From Minisyncoccota bacterium (GTDB lineage Bacteria; Patescibacteriota; Minisyncoccia; Phycocordibacterales; CAIJYI01), in NCBI GenBank assembly GCA_023229825.1, contig JALNYN010000006.1, positions 255 through 64,254 on the forward strand: DNA of 64,000 bases, read 5' to 3'. Each line of letters opens with the position of its first letter. Positions within the stretch are counted from its first letter, which is position 1. A program made the position numbers and the translations under genes. The notes below the pieces were generated by a model. That model worked only from the letters and a program-made list of their open reading frames with translations. It had not been told where the DNA came from and did no database searches. Positions 37,048-46,429 of the stretch are shown piece by piece.

Positions 37048-37172
37048 CGCCGGAGCGGGGTTGCACCCCGCTCCGAAACATTTGTATGAAATCACGTTTT
37101 TTCGATAACACTAATTATAGTAAGATATTCCAAACGTTTCGGTTCGGGGTGCAACCCCGAACCGGCGCACGA
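37048..37172. mobile_element. MITE-like ~125-bp element with ~30-bp terminal inverted repeats (CCGGAGCGGGGTTGCACCCCGCTCCGAAAC ... GTTTCGGTTCGGGGTGCAACCCCGAACCGG), copy 1
   Basis: near-identical second copy at 54808-54930; AT-rich core atcacg(g)ttt(t)tcgataacactaattat(a/g)gt(a/g)agata. Confidence 0.7.
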
Positions 37173-37287
37173 AAACGCACCCCCTCCCAACCTCCCCCTC
37201 TGAAGAGGTGGAGGGGCACGACAACTAAAAATCCAACCCTAAAAATGGGCATTTTTTAGGTTATTCACACAAAATTAACTAAATATC

Positions 37288-37316
37288 TTGCTTTTTATAT
37301 TAAAAAAGAGTATAAT
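37288..37316 (+). promoter_or_regulatory. near-consensus sigma70 promoter upstream of the glutamine-synthetase-family gene
   Basis: TTGCTT - 17 nt (tttatattaaaaaagag) - TATAAT, 43 bp upstream of the ATG at 37359. Confidence 0.6.
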
Positions 37317-37358
37317 TAACTTAATTAAGTTATTATTTATTTTATAAACATAAAATAT

Positions 37359-38807
37359 ATGGCAAAAGACACCATTTTACCATCTACGGGGCTAAAAAAC
37401 TTCCTTGAGATCACCTATGATACCTTGGAAGAAATGAACCTTCGAGCGGCGGAACGGGCTGAAAAAGAGTCGCCGGAAGATCTTGAGAAAGAATATCGCG
37501 AATATCTCACGAAGGAAAAACGTTTGAAAGCGGTGACGCTCTGTTTCTCCGACATCGAGGGCCGTTTTCATATGCTCGATTATGACAAGCAGTATTTTCT
37601 CGGCGCTGCGGATAATCTTACTTTCGACGGCTCTTCGATCAAAGGTTTTACCGCACAGCAAGAATCCGATCTTCGTCTCGCCGTTGATTGGACGAGCATT
37701 CTTTGGCTCCCTTCCGATGTATTCGGACCGGGAAAAGTGATCATGTTCGCCAGCGTTTTGAATCGCGACAAAACACCGTACGAATCCGATTTTCGTTCGC
37801 GATTGGAACACCTCGTCGAAGACTTGAAAAAGAAAGGATTGACCGCATATCTCGCGGCAGAGGTCGAAGGTTTCCTCGTTGACGGATTGAATGCTGAACA
37901 GAATTTCAGCGAAGAGAACGGGTTCAAAATTATTTCGACCGGCGGTTACTTCCATTCCCTTCCGAAAGACCGATTGAAAATGTTTATCGACGCCGCAGCG
38001 GAAGCTCAAAGAGCGATGGGTTTTCAGAATGAAAAAGATCATCCGGAAGTCGCACCGTCACAGTTCGAACTTTGTTTCTCGTACGCTAATGTCGTGCGCG
38101 CCTGCGATCGCATTCAGCTCTACAAACTTATCTGCCGCCAGATCGCCGCGAATATGGGAATGACCGCGACCTTCCTTCCAAAACCGGTATCCGGCATCAA
38201 CGGCTCAGGCATGCACATGAATCTTTCTTTTGCGAAGGGCGGCGAAAATATTTTTTACAAAAAAGACGGCGAGGACGGACTCTCCCCTTTCGCATGGGAC
38301 ATCATTTCGCGCATACTCAATCATGCGCCCGAGCTTTCTCTCGTTCTTAATTCGAGCGTAAATGCGTATCGCCGGCTTGACCCGCACTTTGAAGCGCCGA
38401 ATCAGATCAAAGTTTCTTCGGTGGACCGCGGAAGCATGATCAGAATTCCCGCCGGAAACAAAAAGACCGCCCGCATCGAAGTGCGATCAGTCGCCCCTGA
38501 CGCGAATCCGTACATCGCAACCTTTGCGATCCTAAAAACGGCACTCGAAGGCGAACCGCTCAAAAAGGATGAAAGCAAACGCGACCGCCTGCGCTATCTG
38601 CCGGGCAACATCAACGACGCAATAAAATTGTACAAAGCAAGCGATTTCCTGAAAGGCGTCATGGGCGAAGGAGCTCACGAAAAATACGTAAAATTCAAAC
38701 AGGATGCCGCCGACCGCAGCCCGAAAGAACTCGGCGCGATCGTCAAAACCAGCGAAGTGGTCTATCACCACGAGATCACGAATCAGATGCTGTGGAATAA
38801 ATTTTAG
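37359..38807 (+). CDS. glutamine synthetase family protein (GS catalytic domain; GlnA/gamma-glutamyl-polyamine synthetase-like)
   Basis: 482 aa; FELCFSYANVVRACD, KPVSGINGSGMHMNLSF, NSSVNAYRRL, SMIRIPAGNKKTARIEVRS match GS catalytic-domain motifs. Confidence 0.85.
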   Translation: MAKDTILPSTGLKNFLEITYDTLEEMNLRAAERAEKESPEDLEKEYREYLTKEKRLKAVTLCFSDIEGRFHMLDYDKQYFLGAADNLTFDGSSIKGFTAQQESDLRLAVDWTSILWLPSDVFGPGKVIMFASVLNRDKTPYESDFRSRLEHLVEDLKKKGLTAYLAAEVEGFLVDGLNAEQNFSEENGFKIISTGGYFHSLPKDRLKMFIDAAAEAQRAMGFQNEKDHPEVAPSQFELCFSYANVVRACDRIQLYKLICRQIAANMGMTATFLPKPVSGINGSGMHMNLSFAKGGENIFYKKDGEDGLSPFAWDIISRILNHAPELSLVLNSSVNAYRRLDPHFEAPNQIKVSSVDRGSMIRIPAGNKKTARIEVRSVAPDANPYIATFAILKTALEGEPLKKDESKRDRLRYLPGNINDAIKLYKASDFLKGVMGEGAHEKYVKFKQDAADRSPKELGAIVKTSEVVYHHEITNQMLWNKF

Positions 38808-38972
38808 ACGAGTTTTTAGTTTTTTCCTCCAGCGGGAGGATCCGCCCGCTGGCGGAAGGTTATAGCTTATAGCTTCACGAAAAACAACAAAAAAGTTTCG
38901 ACTCGTGTCGAAACTTTTTTGTTATTCGCTAAAACCCGAAGGCCTGCCCTGCGTAGCTTTAGCGAAGCAGGG

Positions 38973-39045
38973 AGCCTGGTCACAGGATTGAACTGTGGAC
39001 CTCGTCATTACCAATGACGTGCTCTACCAACTGAGCTAACCAGGC
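38973..39045 (-). tRNA. tRNA-Thr(GGT)
   Basis: minus strand gcctggt-ta-gctcagttggtagagc-a-cgtca-ttGGTaa-tgacg-aggtc-cacag-ttcaatc-ctgtg-accaggc; an R6 hairpin module abuts its 3' end. Confidence 0.85.
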
Positions 39046-39107
39046 AATTTCCAATGTGTTTTGTTTTTCTGTCTAATCAGCCAAAACAGCTAACCAGGCG
39101 AGTTACG

Positions 39108-39183
39108 AGTATCAGGGTTTAGTATCAGTATCAGGGAACGACGAACGCGTTTATCCCTGATACTGATACTTATTCCTGATACT
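39108..39183. repeat. GATACTGATACT-TTCCCTGATACT motif cluster (family R3) in both orientations upstream of tRNA-Thr
   Basis: gagtatcagggtttagtatcagtatcaggga...tccctgatactgatacttattcctgatact; other copies at 45061-45091, 57235-57264, 61745-61773, 61881-61897. Confidence 0.8.
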
Positions 39184-39215
39184 GCGTATAATATATCTTA
39201 TTTTTTTAGAAAAAG

Positions 39216-39250
39216 AAAGGGGTACAGTCATGTGAACTGTACCCCCTTTA
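39216..39250 (-). terminator. rho-independent terminator of GGDEF gene
   Basis: aaaggggtacagt-catgtgaa-ctgtaccccctt, T-run on the minus strand. Confidence 0.7.
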
Positions 39251-39254
39251 TTAT

Positions 39255-39965
39255 TTACTCTTCACCTTGCAGGTTCGTCGCGACTCGGCTCATTTTACGG
39301 CGGTCTTTCCATACGAATGTGTTGGCATCTGCCTCATTGATGGCTTCTCTCACTTGATCTTCCGTCATTCCGGAATTCACCATTTTAACGGCGAATGAAA
39401 AGCTCACCTTACCGACTAAGTATGGAAAACGTCTGGCAATGAGTTCCTCAAAGTGGGTGCGCGCATCAAGCAAAGGCTTAGTTCCGGCTTCTTCGTTTTC
39501 CGTTCCTAAAAAAAGGAAAAGGAATTCATCGCCGCCCATTTGCCTGCGAACGATAAGGTCTTCGGGACGGCGGCGCCGATTGAGAATATTGGCCGCCTCT
39601 TCTATGATCTTATCTCCGACTTCATGCCCGTACGCTTTGTTGGCCCAAGCAACGCCATCCAAATCGACATAGCCTATGCAGTGCTTCGTCCCGCCGCGAG
39701 CGTGCTTCACCTTATTATAAATGGGGGTCAGCGGCGCAACCTTTTTCGTATCCTCGAATTTTTTCATCGCGGAAATACATTTGTTCTCGAAACCGATCAT
39801 AAGTGGCAGCTTGGTCATCGGATCGAGCCCCTTTTCGGCGCATTGCAGGCGATATATTTCCAGATCCCGTTCAGCGAGCTTTTTGCGCAATGCAGCGTTC
39901 TCTTCGCTGAGGCGTTCAATTTCTTCCTTTTCTGAGCTGGAGAGCTCAGTACCTAACGATTTCAT
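39255..39965 (-). CDS. GGDEF-domain diguanylate cyclase with N-terminal coiled coil
   Basis: 236 aa; RQMGGDEFLFLFLG active-site motif; N-terminal EEIERLSEENAALRKKLAERDLEIYRL coiled coil. Confidence 0.85.
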   Translation of the reverse strand: MKSLGTELSSSEKEEIERLSEENAALRKKLAERDLEIYRLQCAEKGLDPMTKLPLMIGFENKCISAMKKFEDTKKVAPLTPIYNKVKHARGGTKHCIGYVDLDGVAWANKAYGHEVGDKIIEEAANILNRRRRPEDLIVRRQMGGDEFLFLFLGTENEEAGTKPLLDARTHFEELIARRFPYLVGKVSFSFAVKMVNSGMTEDQVREAINEADANTFVWKDRRKMSRVATNLQGEE

Positions 39966-40099
39966 TGTTTACCTCCGATAAAATATAATGAACAATTGGT
40001 TTAATTTATATAAATGTACTATATTTATTCATGTTTGTCAACAACAATGTACTAAAAAGTACGCGGATAGCTTGAAATATTCAATATTTTGCACATTTT

Positions 40100-40486
40100 T
40101 TGCTGGTCAAAGTGCTCTCTTTTTGTTTTAATGAAGAGATGATAACGCTCAAAAAAGACCCTACCCTTGCCGACCTGCAGGCGCATGTGAAATCGATCTG
40201 TGCCGAACGCGGGTGGGATAAAAATTCACATCTGGTCATTTTAAGCGGTCTCGTGGAGGAACTCGGCGAACTGACGCGCGCGATGAGGGATTACCGCGGA
40301 GAATGGGAACAAGGCGGAAAGGACAGCAAGAAAGGAGAGAAACATCACCTTGAAGGAGAATTTGCCGATGTGCTGAATTATCTGCTCGACCTCTCGAATT
40401 ATTTCGATGTGGACCTGGAAAAAGCATTCCGCGAAAAATGGAAGATCAATGAGAACAGGAAATGGGGCGAAGGAGGAACATACTAA
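40100..40486 (+). CDS. MazG-like nucleotide pyrophosphohydrolase
   Basis: 128-aa ORF (likely start MITLKKD at 40139); EELGELTRAMRDY and EFADVLNYLLDLSNY match MazG/NTP-PPase EExxE...E(F)xDxL motifs. Confidence 0.75.
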   Translation: MLVKVLSFCFNEEMITLKKDPTLADLQAHVKSICAERGWDKNSHLVILSGLVEELGELTRAMRDYRGEWEQGGKDSKKGEKHHLEGEFADVLNYLLDLSNYFDVDLEKAFREKWKINENRKWGEGGTY

Positions 40487-41343
40487 ACGATGAATTATCA
40501 AACTGCATGCTTTTTATTTTTTTTGAAATACTTTTGGCGATCGGCGCGCTCGCCGTACTCATTGCCGCTTTCCGGCTCTTGCGAAAACTCCCGTCGCTTG
40601 ACCGCGACTGGAGTCCCGACCAAAAAATATTACCGTCGGCGGAATTCAAGGCCAGCGGAAAAATTATTATCAGAAACATACGGCATGTTTCTTATCAAAC
40701 CGCAAAGGAATATACGGTCAGCTATTACGACCGTGAATTTGACCTCGACAAACTGAAAAAGGTCTGGTTTTTTCTTGTTCATTTCACGGGATATCGAGGT
40801 GCGGGACATTCATTTTTGTCTTTTGAATTTGAAGACGATGTTTTTATCGCCATCTCCATTGAGATACGTAAAAAAAGAGGTGAAAGCTATTCGGCCATGA
40901 AAGGTCTTTTCCGACAATTTGAAATTATGTATGTGATCGCCGATGAACGCGATGTCGTCAGACTGCGGACCGACCACCACAAAGATAATGTTTTTCTGTA
41001 CCCGTTGAAATTATCGAAAGAAAGATCTCAAGCGCTTTTTTGCGACATGCTCAAACGGTCGAATGCTATTGCTCAAACGCCGGAATTTTATCATTCTGTT
41101 TCCAACGCCTGTTTTAAAAATATCGTCGACCATATCAACAACGTCCTGCCGGGAAAAATGCCCTTCGATTACCGAATTATTTTTCCGGAAAATGCCGACA
41201 GATATGCTCACGCTTTGGATCTGATAGATACGAACCTGCCGATCTCCGAAGCGAGAAAAAAGCACCTGATCAATCCTTTTGCCGAAAAATACGCTGATGA
41301 TCCGGACTTTTCACAAAGGATACGCGAGGGGCAAAGAGCGTAA
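40462..41343 (+). CDS. hypothetical membrane-anchored protein (DUF4105/Lnb-like?)
   Basis: 293-aa ORF; N-terminal TM LFIFFEILLAIGALAVLIAAF then soluble domain (WFFLVHFTGYRGAGHSFLSFEFED); family assignment tentative. Confidence 0.5.
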   Translation: MGRRRNILNDELSNCMLFIFFEILLAIGALAVLIAAFRLLRKLPSLDRDWSPDQKILPSAEFKASGKIIIRNIRHVSYQTAKEYTVSYYDREFDLDKLKKVWFFLVHFTGYRGAGHSFLSFEFEDDVFIAISIEIRKKRGESYSAMKGLFRQFEIMYVIADERDVVRLRTDHHKDNVFLYPLKLSKERSQALFCDMLKRSNAIAQTPEFYHSVSNACFKNIVDHINNVLPGKMPFDYRIIFPENADRYAHALDLIDTNLPISEARKKHLINPFAEKYADDPDFSQRIREGQRA

Positions 41344-41371
41344 GGGTAGTCAGCGTCTGATAAGAAATTTT

Positions 41372-41450
41372 CGTCATCCCGGGCAACGACCCGGGATCCA
41401 CGTTAGTAGTTTCAACCGACGTGGATTCCGGGTCGCGGCCCGGAATGACG
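41372..41450. repeat. family R1 palindromic repeat unit
   Basis: cgtcatcccgggcaacgacccgggatccacgttagtagtttcaaccgacgtggattccgggtcgcggcccggaatgacg. Confidence 0.8.
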
Positions 41451-41497
41451 GACTAAAACAAAAACCCTCCGTGCGATGAACGCCGGAGGTTTTTTTG

Positions 41498-41761
41498 TTA
41501 TTTTTGTTCGATAGCCTCGTGATACGAGGTAAGCCAATCCATGAGCCGTTTGCGATGTTTATCTATTGACCACGATTCCCCTTTCTCAAAAAGCCCCGGA
41601 TAGCTCACGCGGAACGCCGCTAGAGCTTTTTCTGTCGCCTTGGGGTATGTTGCGGGAATATTTTTATTGTAGTATTCGATGAACACTTCAACCGTTGTAA
41701 AAGCCTCGTTGAATTCAGCATTAATGTTCTTTTTTCCTTTCATGACCGCATAGTACCACAA
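41498..41761 (-). CDS. small hypothetical protein
   Basis: 87-aa ORF between two R1 repeat loci. Confidence 0.4.
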   Translation of the reverse strand: MWYYAVMKGKKNINAEFNEAFTTVEVFIEYYNKNIPATYPKATEKALAAFRVSYPGLFEKGESWSIDKHRKRLMDWLTSYHEAIEQK

Positions 41762-41814
41762 AACTCTTTTTTTTGCAAGTTTTGGCAGGATCGAAAAAAT
41801 GCGTTTCTTACAAC

Positions 41815-41945
41815 GACATGGATTCCGACCCCTCCTTCGCCAAGGCTACGGAGGGCAAGCAAGTCCGGAATGACGGGTACAGTGTGAAAATATTATTACG
41901 GTCATTCCGGGCCACGACCCGGAATCCACGCTGGCTTCGTTCCCC
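41815..41945. repeat. two R1 half-units, the first carrying the R6 hairpin module (ccctcc-TTCGCCAAGGCTACG-gaggg)
   Basis: cgacatggattccgacccctccttcgccaaggctacggagggcaagcaagtccggaatgacggg ... acggtcattccgggccacgacccggaatccacg. Confidence 0.8.
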
Positions 41946-41959
41946 GTCGTCTCAATTTT

Positions 41960-43006
41960 TTATTTTATCGAAAAGAGGATATTTTCGTATTCCGGCAGTT
42001 CGGAAACGAGCATGATCGCTTTGGCGAGTTTTTCTGAATCGTGGCGGATGAACGAACGGGATGCCGCAAGCAGATCTCCTTTGGTATGCTTTACTTCGCC
42101 GTTTTTTAGAAAATCGCCCTGCACGAGACGGTAGGTTCGTTTGGGGTTTTTCTCCTCATTCCATTTCACCATGAATCCCTCCCCTTCTTGTTCTTCGTAT
42201 TTTTTCAAAAGTTTCGGTGCTGGCTGCTTGCTGTTGTACATTACGAAATTGATGCGCCCGCGGCCGATCACTTCTTCGATGGCATCGACGTAATCGTCGA
42301 CATCATATCCTTCGGTCTGCCCCGCTTTATTCGTGAGATTAACGTTGTAAATAAGGGGCGCGGACGATTGGCGAATGGCGCGCGCGATCTCTGGGATGAT
42401 GAGGTTCGCAAGCACCGATCCGTAGAGATCTCCGGGGCCGATAGAGATGATATCAGCCTCTTTCAGCGTTTGAACCGCGATCGGATTGACCTTGACCGGA
42501 GAAGCGAAGTGAAGTTTTTTTACGCCCGTTTTCTGAAATTTCGCGTGGTCGATATTGTCTTCTCCTTCGATGAATGTGCCGTCGGAAAGTTCAAGCCGAA
42601 GTTCGGCTTTGCTTCCCGTCACGGGAATGACCCGTCCTTTAACATTTAAAATTTCCATCGCGGTATCGATCCCTTCCAGAAAATTTTTATGCGTTTTTTC
42701 AAGCGCGGAGAGAAAAAGATTTCCGAAGCTGTGTCCGGCGAGTCCTCCTTCGGTGAAACGGTAATTCATAAGCGTGCGCATGTCGTCCGAAGCCTCGGAA
42801 AGCGCGACGAGACATTGGCGCACGTCGCCGGGAGGAAGCACTCCGAGTTCATCGCGTAAGACACCCGCCGAACCGCCGTTGTCCGCCATGGAAACGATCG
42901 CGCCGATCTCAAGAGGGTGTTTTTTCAGACCGGAGAGCAGCATGAAACTTCCTGTGCCTCCGCCGATGGTTGCTATTTTTTTCATAGACGTGGATATATA
43001 GTTCAA
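41960..43006 (-). CDS. YvcK/CofD-family protein (gluconeogenesis factor, UPF0052)
   Basis: 348-aa ORF (likely start MKKIATIGGGTGS); IGGGTGSFMLLSGLK...VSMADNGGSAGVLRDE...PGDVRQCLVAL are YvcK signature motifs. Confidence 0.85.
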   Translation of the reverse strand: MNYISTSMKKIATIGGGTGSFMLLSGLKKHPLEIGAIVSMADNGGSAGVLRDELGVLPPGDVRQCLVALSEASDDMRTLMNYRFTEGGLAGHSFGNLFLSALEKTHKNFLEGIDTAMEILNVKGRVIPVTGSKAELRLELSDGTFIEGEDNIDHAKFQKTGVKKLHFASPVKVNPIAVQTLKEADIISIGPGDLYGSVLANLIIPEIARAIRQSSAPLIYNVNLTNKAGQTEGYDVDDYVDAIEEVIGRGRINFVMYNSKQPAPKLLKKYEEQEGEGFMVKWNEEKNPKRTYRLVQGDFLKNGEVKHTKGDLLAASRSFIRHDSEKLAKAIMLVSELPEYENILFSIK

Positions 43007-43103
43007 TTTTTAAATGAATAGTTCATGAATCTTTTTATATCGAGACAGCGCAAGACAAAATAAAAAGGTGTCAGCAGGTATAACCCGGCCAACACCCTTA
43101 AGG

Positions 43104-44951
43104 TTACTCCACCGTAACCGATTTCGCAAGATTTCGCGGTTTATCTACGTCTTTTCCTCGCTGAACCGCCACGTGATAAGCAAAAAGCTGAAGCGGAACG
43201 ACCGCCACGATCGGAGCTAAAAGTTCGTCCACTTCGGGAATAAGAATAACTTCCGTTCCTTCGTCTTTGACGATCTTGGTTTCAGGCGAAGCGAAAATGA
43301 ACAGCTTTCCGTTGCGGGCGCGGACCTCTTTCAGATTGGATTGGAGTTTCCCTGCGAGCGCGTCGTTCGGAGCCACGGCAATGACCGGCATGTTCTCATC
43401 GACGAGAGCCAAAGGTCCGTGTTTCAATTCTCCCGCCTGATACCCTTCCGCGTGTATGTATGAAATTTCTTTCAGCTTGAGCGCGCCTTCGAGGGCGATC
43501 GGATACTCAATGCCTCGTCCAAGGAACAGGCAATGTTCCTTCTCCGTGAATTTCGGTGCAAGTCTGTGCAGAGTCGAATCAAGCTCTAACGCTTCTTCTA
43601 CTTTTTCCGGCAGAGTAAGCAACCCTTTCATGATCTTTTTATCGATCTCTTTCGGAAGCGTGCGGCGGATGCGGCCGAGTACGACCGTCAGGAGAAGAAA
43701 AGCGACCAACTGTGTCGTAAAGGCTTTTGTGGATGCCACACCGATCTCTTTTCCAGCGCGGGTTAAGAACGCGAGATCTGTTCCGCGAGTAAGCGAACTT
43801 TCGGGAACATTGCAGATCGCGAGCGTGTGAGAATTCGGACTTTCTCGCTTTACCATGTTGAGACAGGCCAGAGTATCGGCTGTTTCTCCCGATTGCGATA
43901 TGAACACGTAGAGCGTACCTTTTCGAAAGCGCGGCTCCCGGTAACGATACTCGCTGGCGACATCAACATTGCACGGCAAGTCCGCGAGCGGTTCGATCCA
44001 ATATCTTGCGGCAAGTCCGGCATGATAGCTCGTCCCGCATGCGATGATCTGTATGGAAGATATTTTTCGGAAGACCGATAATGCTTTGGCTCCGAATGCT
44101 CGCACATCGATCTCCCCTTTTTTCATCGCTTGTTCTATCGTGCTCTTGATCGCCTGCGGCTGATCATACATTTCCTTCTGCATATAATGCTGGAATCCGT
44201 GAAGCGACATATCCGCCGCCGAGATCTCGCTCGTTATCATCGGACGATCAACGCGTTTTCCGCTCGCATTGCGTATGACGCAGCTGTCAGCGAAAATTTC
44301 CGCCACATCGCCGTCTTCGAGATACGTGAACTGATTTGTTTCATCGATGAGTGCGGAAACATCCGATGCCACGAACATCTTCTCATTGCCAAAACCTACG
44401 ACGAGCGGACTTCCAAAACGTGCGGCGACGATCCGATCGGGTGCACTCCCGCTGATGACGGCAATGGCATACGCACCTTTGAGTTCGTGAACCGCTTTTT
44501 CCACAGCTTCGAAAAGGTCTTTCTGTTTGCTCAAATTCAAGTAGTGATGCACGAGATGCGCGATCACTTCCGTATCGGTGTCTGAAACGAATTTGTATCC
44601 TTCCGATTCGAGGCGCGTCCGCAATTTTTCATGATTCTCGATAATGCCGTTGTGTACCACCGCCACCTCGTTGTTATGCGAAAGATGAGGATGTGCATTC
44701 GCTTCGGAAGGAACTCCGTGAGTTGCCCATCTCGTATGGGCGATCCCAACGGCTCCGTTCAGCTCTCTCTTTTTCAGCTTCTTTTCCAGCTCGGCCACTT
44801 TTCCGACCGATTTGACGCATTCTATTTTGCCGTTCTCGATAACGGCAACGCCCGCGGAATCATATCCGCGATATTCAAGAGCGCGAAGCCCGCTTAACAA
44901 AACAGGCATCGCTTTCGTATTTTTTTGAACTGCTCCAACTATTCCACACAT
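43104..44951 (-). CDS. glmS: glutamine--fructose-6-phosphate aminotransferase
   Basis: 615 aa; N-terminal MCGIVGAV (Ntn glutaminase Cys2), two SIS domains, C-terminal KSVTVE. Confidence 0.95.
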   Translation of the reverse strand: MCGIVGAVQKNTKAMPVLLSGLRALEYRGYDSAGVAVIENGKIECVKSVGKVAELEKKLKKRELNGAVGIAHTRWATHGVPSEANAHPHLSHNNEVAVVHNGIIENHEKLRTRLESEGYKFVSDTDTEVIAHLVHHYLNLSKQKDLFEAVEKAVHELKGAYAIAVISGSAPDRIVAARFGSPLVVGFGNEKMFVASDVSALIDETNQFTYLEDGDVAEIFADSCVIRNASGKRVDRPMITSEISAADMSLHGFQHYMQKEMYDQPQAIKSTIEQAMKKGEIDVRAFGAKALSVFRKISSIQIIACGTSYHAGLAARYWIEPLADLPCNVDVASEYRYREPRFRKGTLYVFISQSGETADTLACLNMVKRESPNSHTLAICNVPESSLTRGTDLAFLTRAGKEIGVASTKAFTTQLVAFLLLTVVLGRIRRTLPKEIDKKIMKGLLTLPEKVEEALELDSTLHRLAPKFTEKEHCLFLGRGIEYPIALEGALKLKEISYIHAEGYQAGELKHGPLALVDENMPVIAVAPNDALAGKLQSNLKEVRARNGKLFIFASPETKIVKDEGTEVILIPEVDELLAPIVAVVPLQLFAYHVAVQRGKDVDKPRNLAKSVTVE

Positions 44952-45118
44952 AATTTTTTCTCCCTTTTTTTAGCTTTTAACGTACTTATGATAACGAATT
45001 ATATAACAAAAAAGTTACCTCTGCGAGAAGATTATCACGGCGCAAGGATTGTGACAATACGAGTATCAGGGAAAAGTATCGGTATCGGGGATGTCCGTTT
45101 GTGTCTCACCACAGCACT

Positions 45119-45148
45119 AAAAAAGAGGGTTCCGTATGGAACCCTCTT
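45119..45148 (-). terminator. rho-independent terminator of the 135-aa membrane-protein gene
   Basis: agagggttcc-gtat-ggaaccctct with T-run on minus strand. Confidence 0.7.
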
Positions 45149-45155
45149 GCTTCTC

Positions 45156-45563
45156 TCACCATTCTTGTTTTTCGCGGTTTCTTTTCTTTTGAATTTCTCT
45201 GCGCCGCATATCATCGATATCCCACCGGAGACCATATGGGTCTTTGTCTGGAGTTAAAATTTCCAGCGTCTTTAGCTCTTTCAAGGGCAGTAAAAAAAAT
45301 ATTCGTCCGAATTTATAGAGCAGGTCCTCGACACCGGCTGCTTCCGCGTCCATTCTCAGTATCAAGTAGTCTTCACCATCGAGGGAACATTCCTCTAATA
45401 ATTTCAGGTACATTTTGAGCAGCGTTTTTTTCTTGGTGCGGTTCGTGTTATAGCAGCAAACAAAATACAACACGACTACAGATACGACCATGATAAACGC
45501 GATAATAACAACCGTTCCAAAGACCGGTAAACCTAAATACATAATACACCTCCCTACTTTCAA
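45156..45563 (-). CDS. small hypothetical membrane protein
   Basis: 135 aa with N-terminal TM helices (LGLPVFGTVVIIAFIMVVSVVVLYFVCCY). Confidence 0.45.
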   Translation of the reverse strand: MKVGRCIMYLGLPVFGTVVIIAFIMVVSVVVLYFVCCYNTNRTKKKTLLKMYLKLLEECSLDGEDYLILRMDAEAAGVEDLLYKFGRIFFLLPLKELKTLEILTPDKDPYGLRWDIDDMRRREIQKKRNREKQEW

Positions 45564-45600
45564 TTAACTTCTGTTCCAAGAATAGCAGGTATACTTACTT

Positions 45601-46359
45601 TTGTCAAATTCATTTTTTTTGCCGGCGAAGTTAAAAAATGGTATTTTAATAGGAATGAAAGCCCAAGTACGAATTGAATCAAGCTGGAAGAAGGCGCTCG
45701 CGTCGGAATTTGATAAGCCGTATTTTACGGAGCTTGTCGATTTCGTACGGAATGAGTATGAAAATGAAACGGTCTATCCTCCGCCAAAATTTATTTTTCA
45801 GGCTTTTGAACTCTGTCCGTTCGACCGGGTAAAAGCGGTGATCCTCGGACAAGATCCGTACCACGGACCAAAGCAGGCGAACGGGCTTTGTTTTTCCGTG
45901 AATCAAAAAATTCCGGTTCCCCCATCGCTTCAAAATATTTACAAAGAAATTCACGATGACACAGGTGCAGCCATTCCCGCGAATGGCGATCTCACGCATT
46001 GGGCGGAACAAGGCATTTTACTTTTAAACGCAACACTCACCGTCCGTGCCAATACGCCCGGTTCGCATCAGCATCAAGGCTGGGAAGAATTTACCGATGC
46101 CGTCATACAAACGCTTTCCGACAAAAAAGAGCATCTGGTCTTTCTTCTCTGGGGAAGATATGCGCAAGATAAGGGGGCAAGGATCGACAACGAAAAACAC
46201 CTCGTCTTAACCGCGGCTCACCCTTCTCCTTTTTCAGCATACAACGGTTTTTTCGGAAGCAAACATTTCAGCAAGACAAATGAATACCTGAAAAAGCACG
46301 GGGAAAAACCGATCGAGTGGGTGGAAGTAGAAAATAGAAAATGGAAAATGGAGAATTGA
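45601..46359 (+). CDS. ung: uracil-DNA glycosylase, family 1
   Basis: 252-aa ORF (likely start MKAQVRIESSWK at 45655); GQDPYHGPKQANGLCFSV, LLLNATLTVRA, HPSPFSA motifs. Confidence 0.9.
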   Translation: MSNSFFLPAKLKNGILIGMKAQVRIESSWKKALASEFDKPYFTELVDFVRNEYENETVYPPPKFIFQAFELCPFDRVKAVILGQDPYHGPKQANGLCFSVNQKIPVPPSLQNIYKEIHDDTGAAIPANGDLTHWAEQGILLLNATLTVRANTPGSHQHQGWEEFTDAVIQTLSDKKEHLVFLLWGRYAQDKGARIDNEKHLVLTAAHPSPFSAYNGFFGSKHFSKTNEYLKKHGEKPIEWVEVENRKWKMEN

Positions 46360-46370
46360 AAATTTGAACA

Positions 46371-46406
46371 AAAAAACCGCCCCTTTCGAGGCGGCAGATT
46401 GTTTTT
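46371..46406 (+). terminator. rho-independent terminator of ung
   Basis: ccgcc-cctttcga-ggcgg followed by gattgttttta. Confidence 0.6.
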
Positions 46407-46429
46407 ATTTCGATCAACGATCCATGTAA

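Noticed and set aside
44952-45110. glmS ribozyme/riboswitch upstream of glmS
   Set aside because: I looked for the conserved glmS ribozyme core and found nothing resembling it. The leader instead carries the R3 GATAC motif and a good SD (AAGGGAG).
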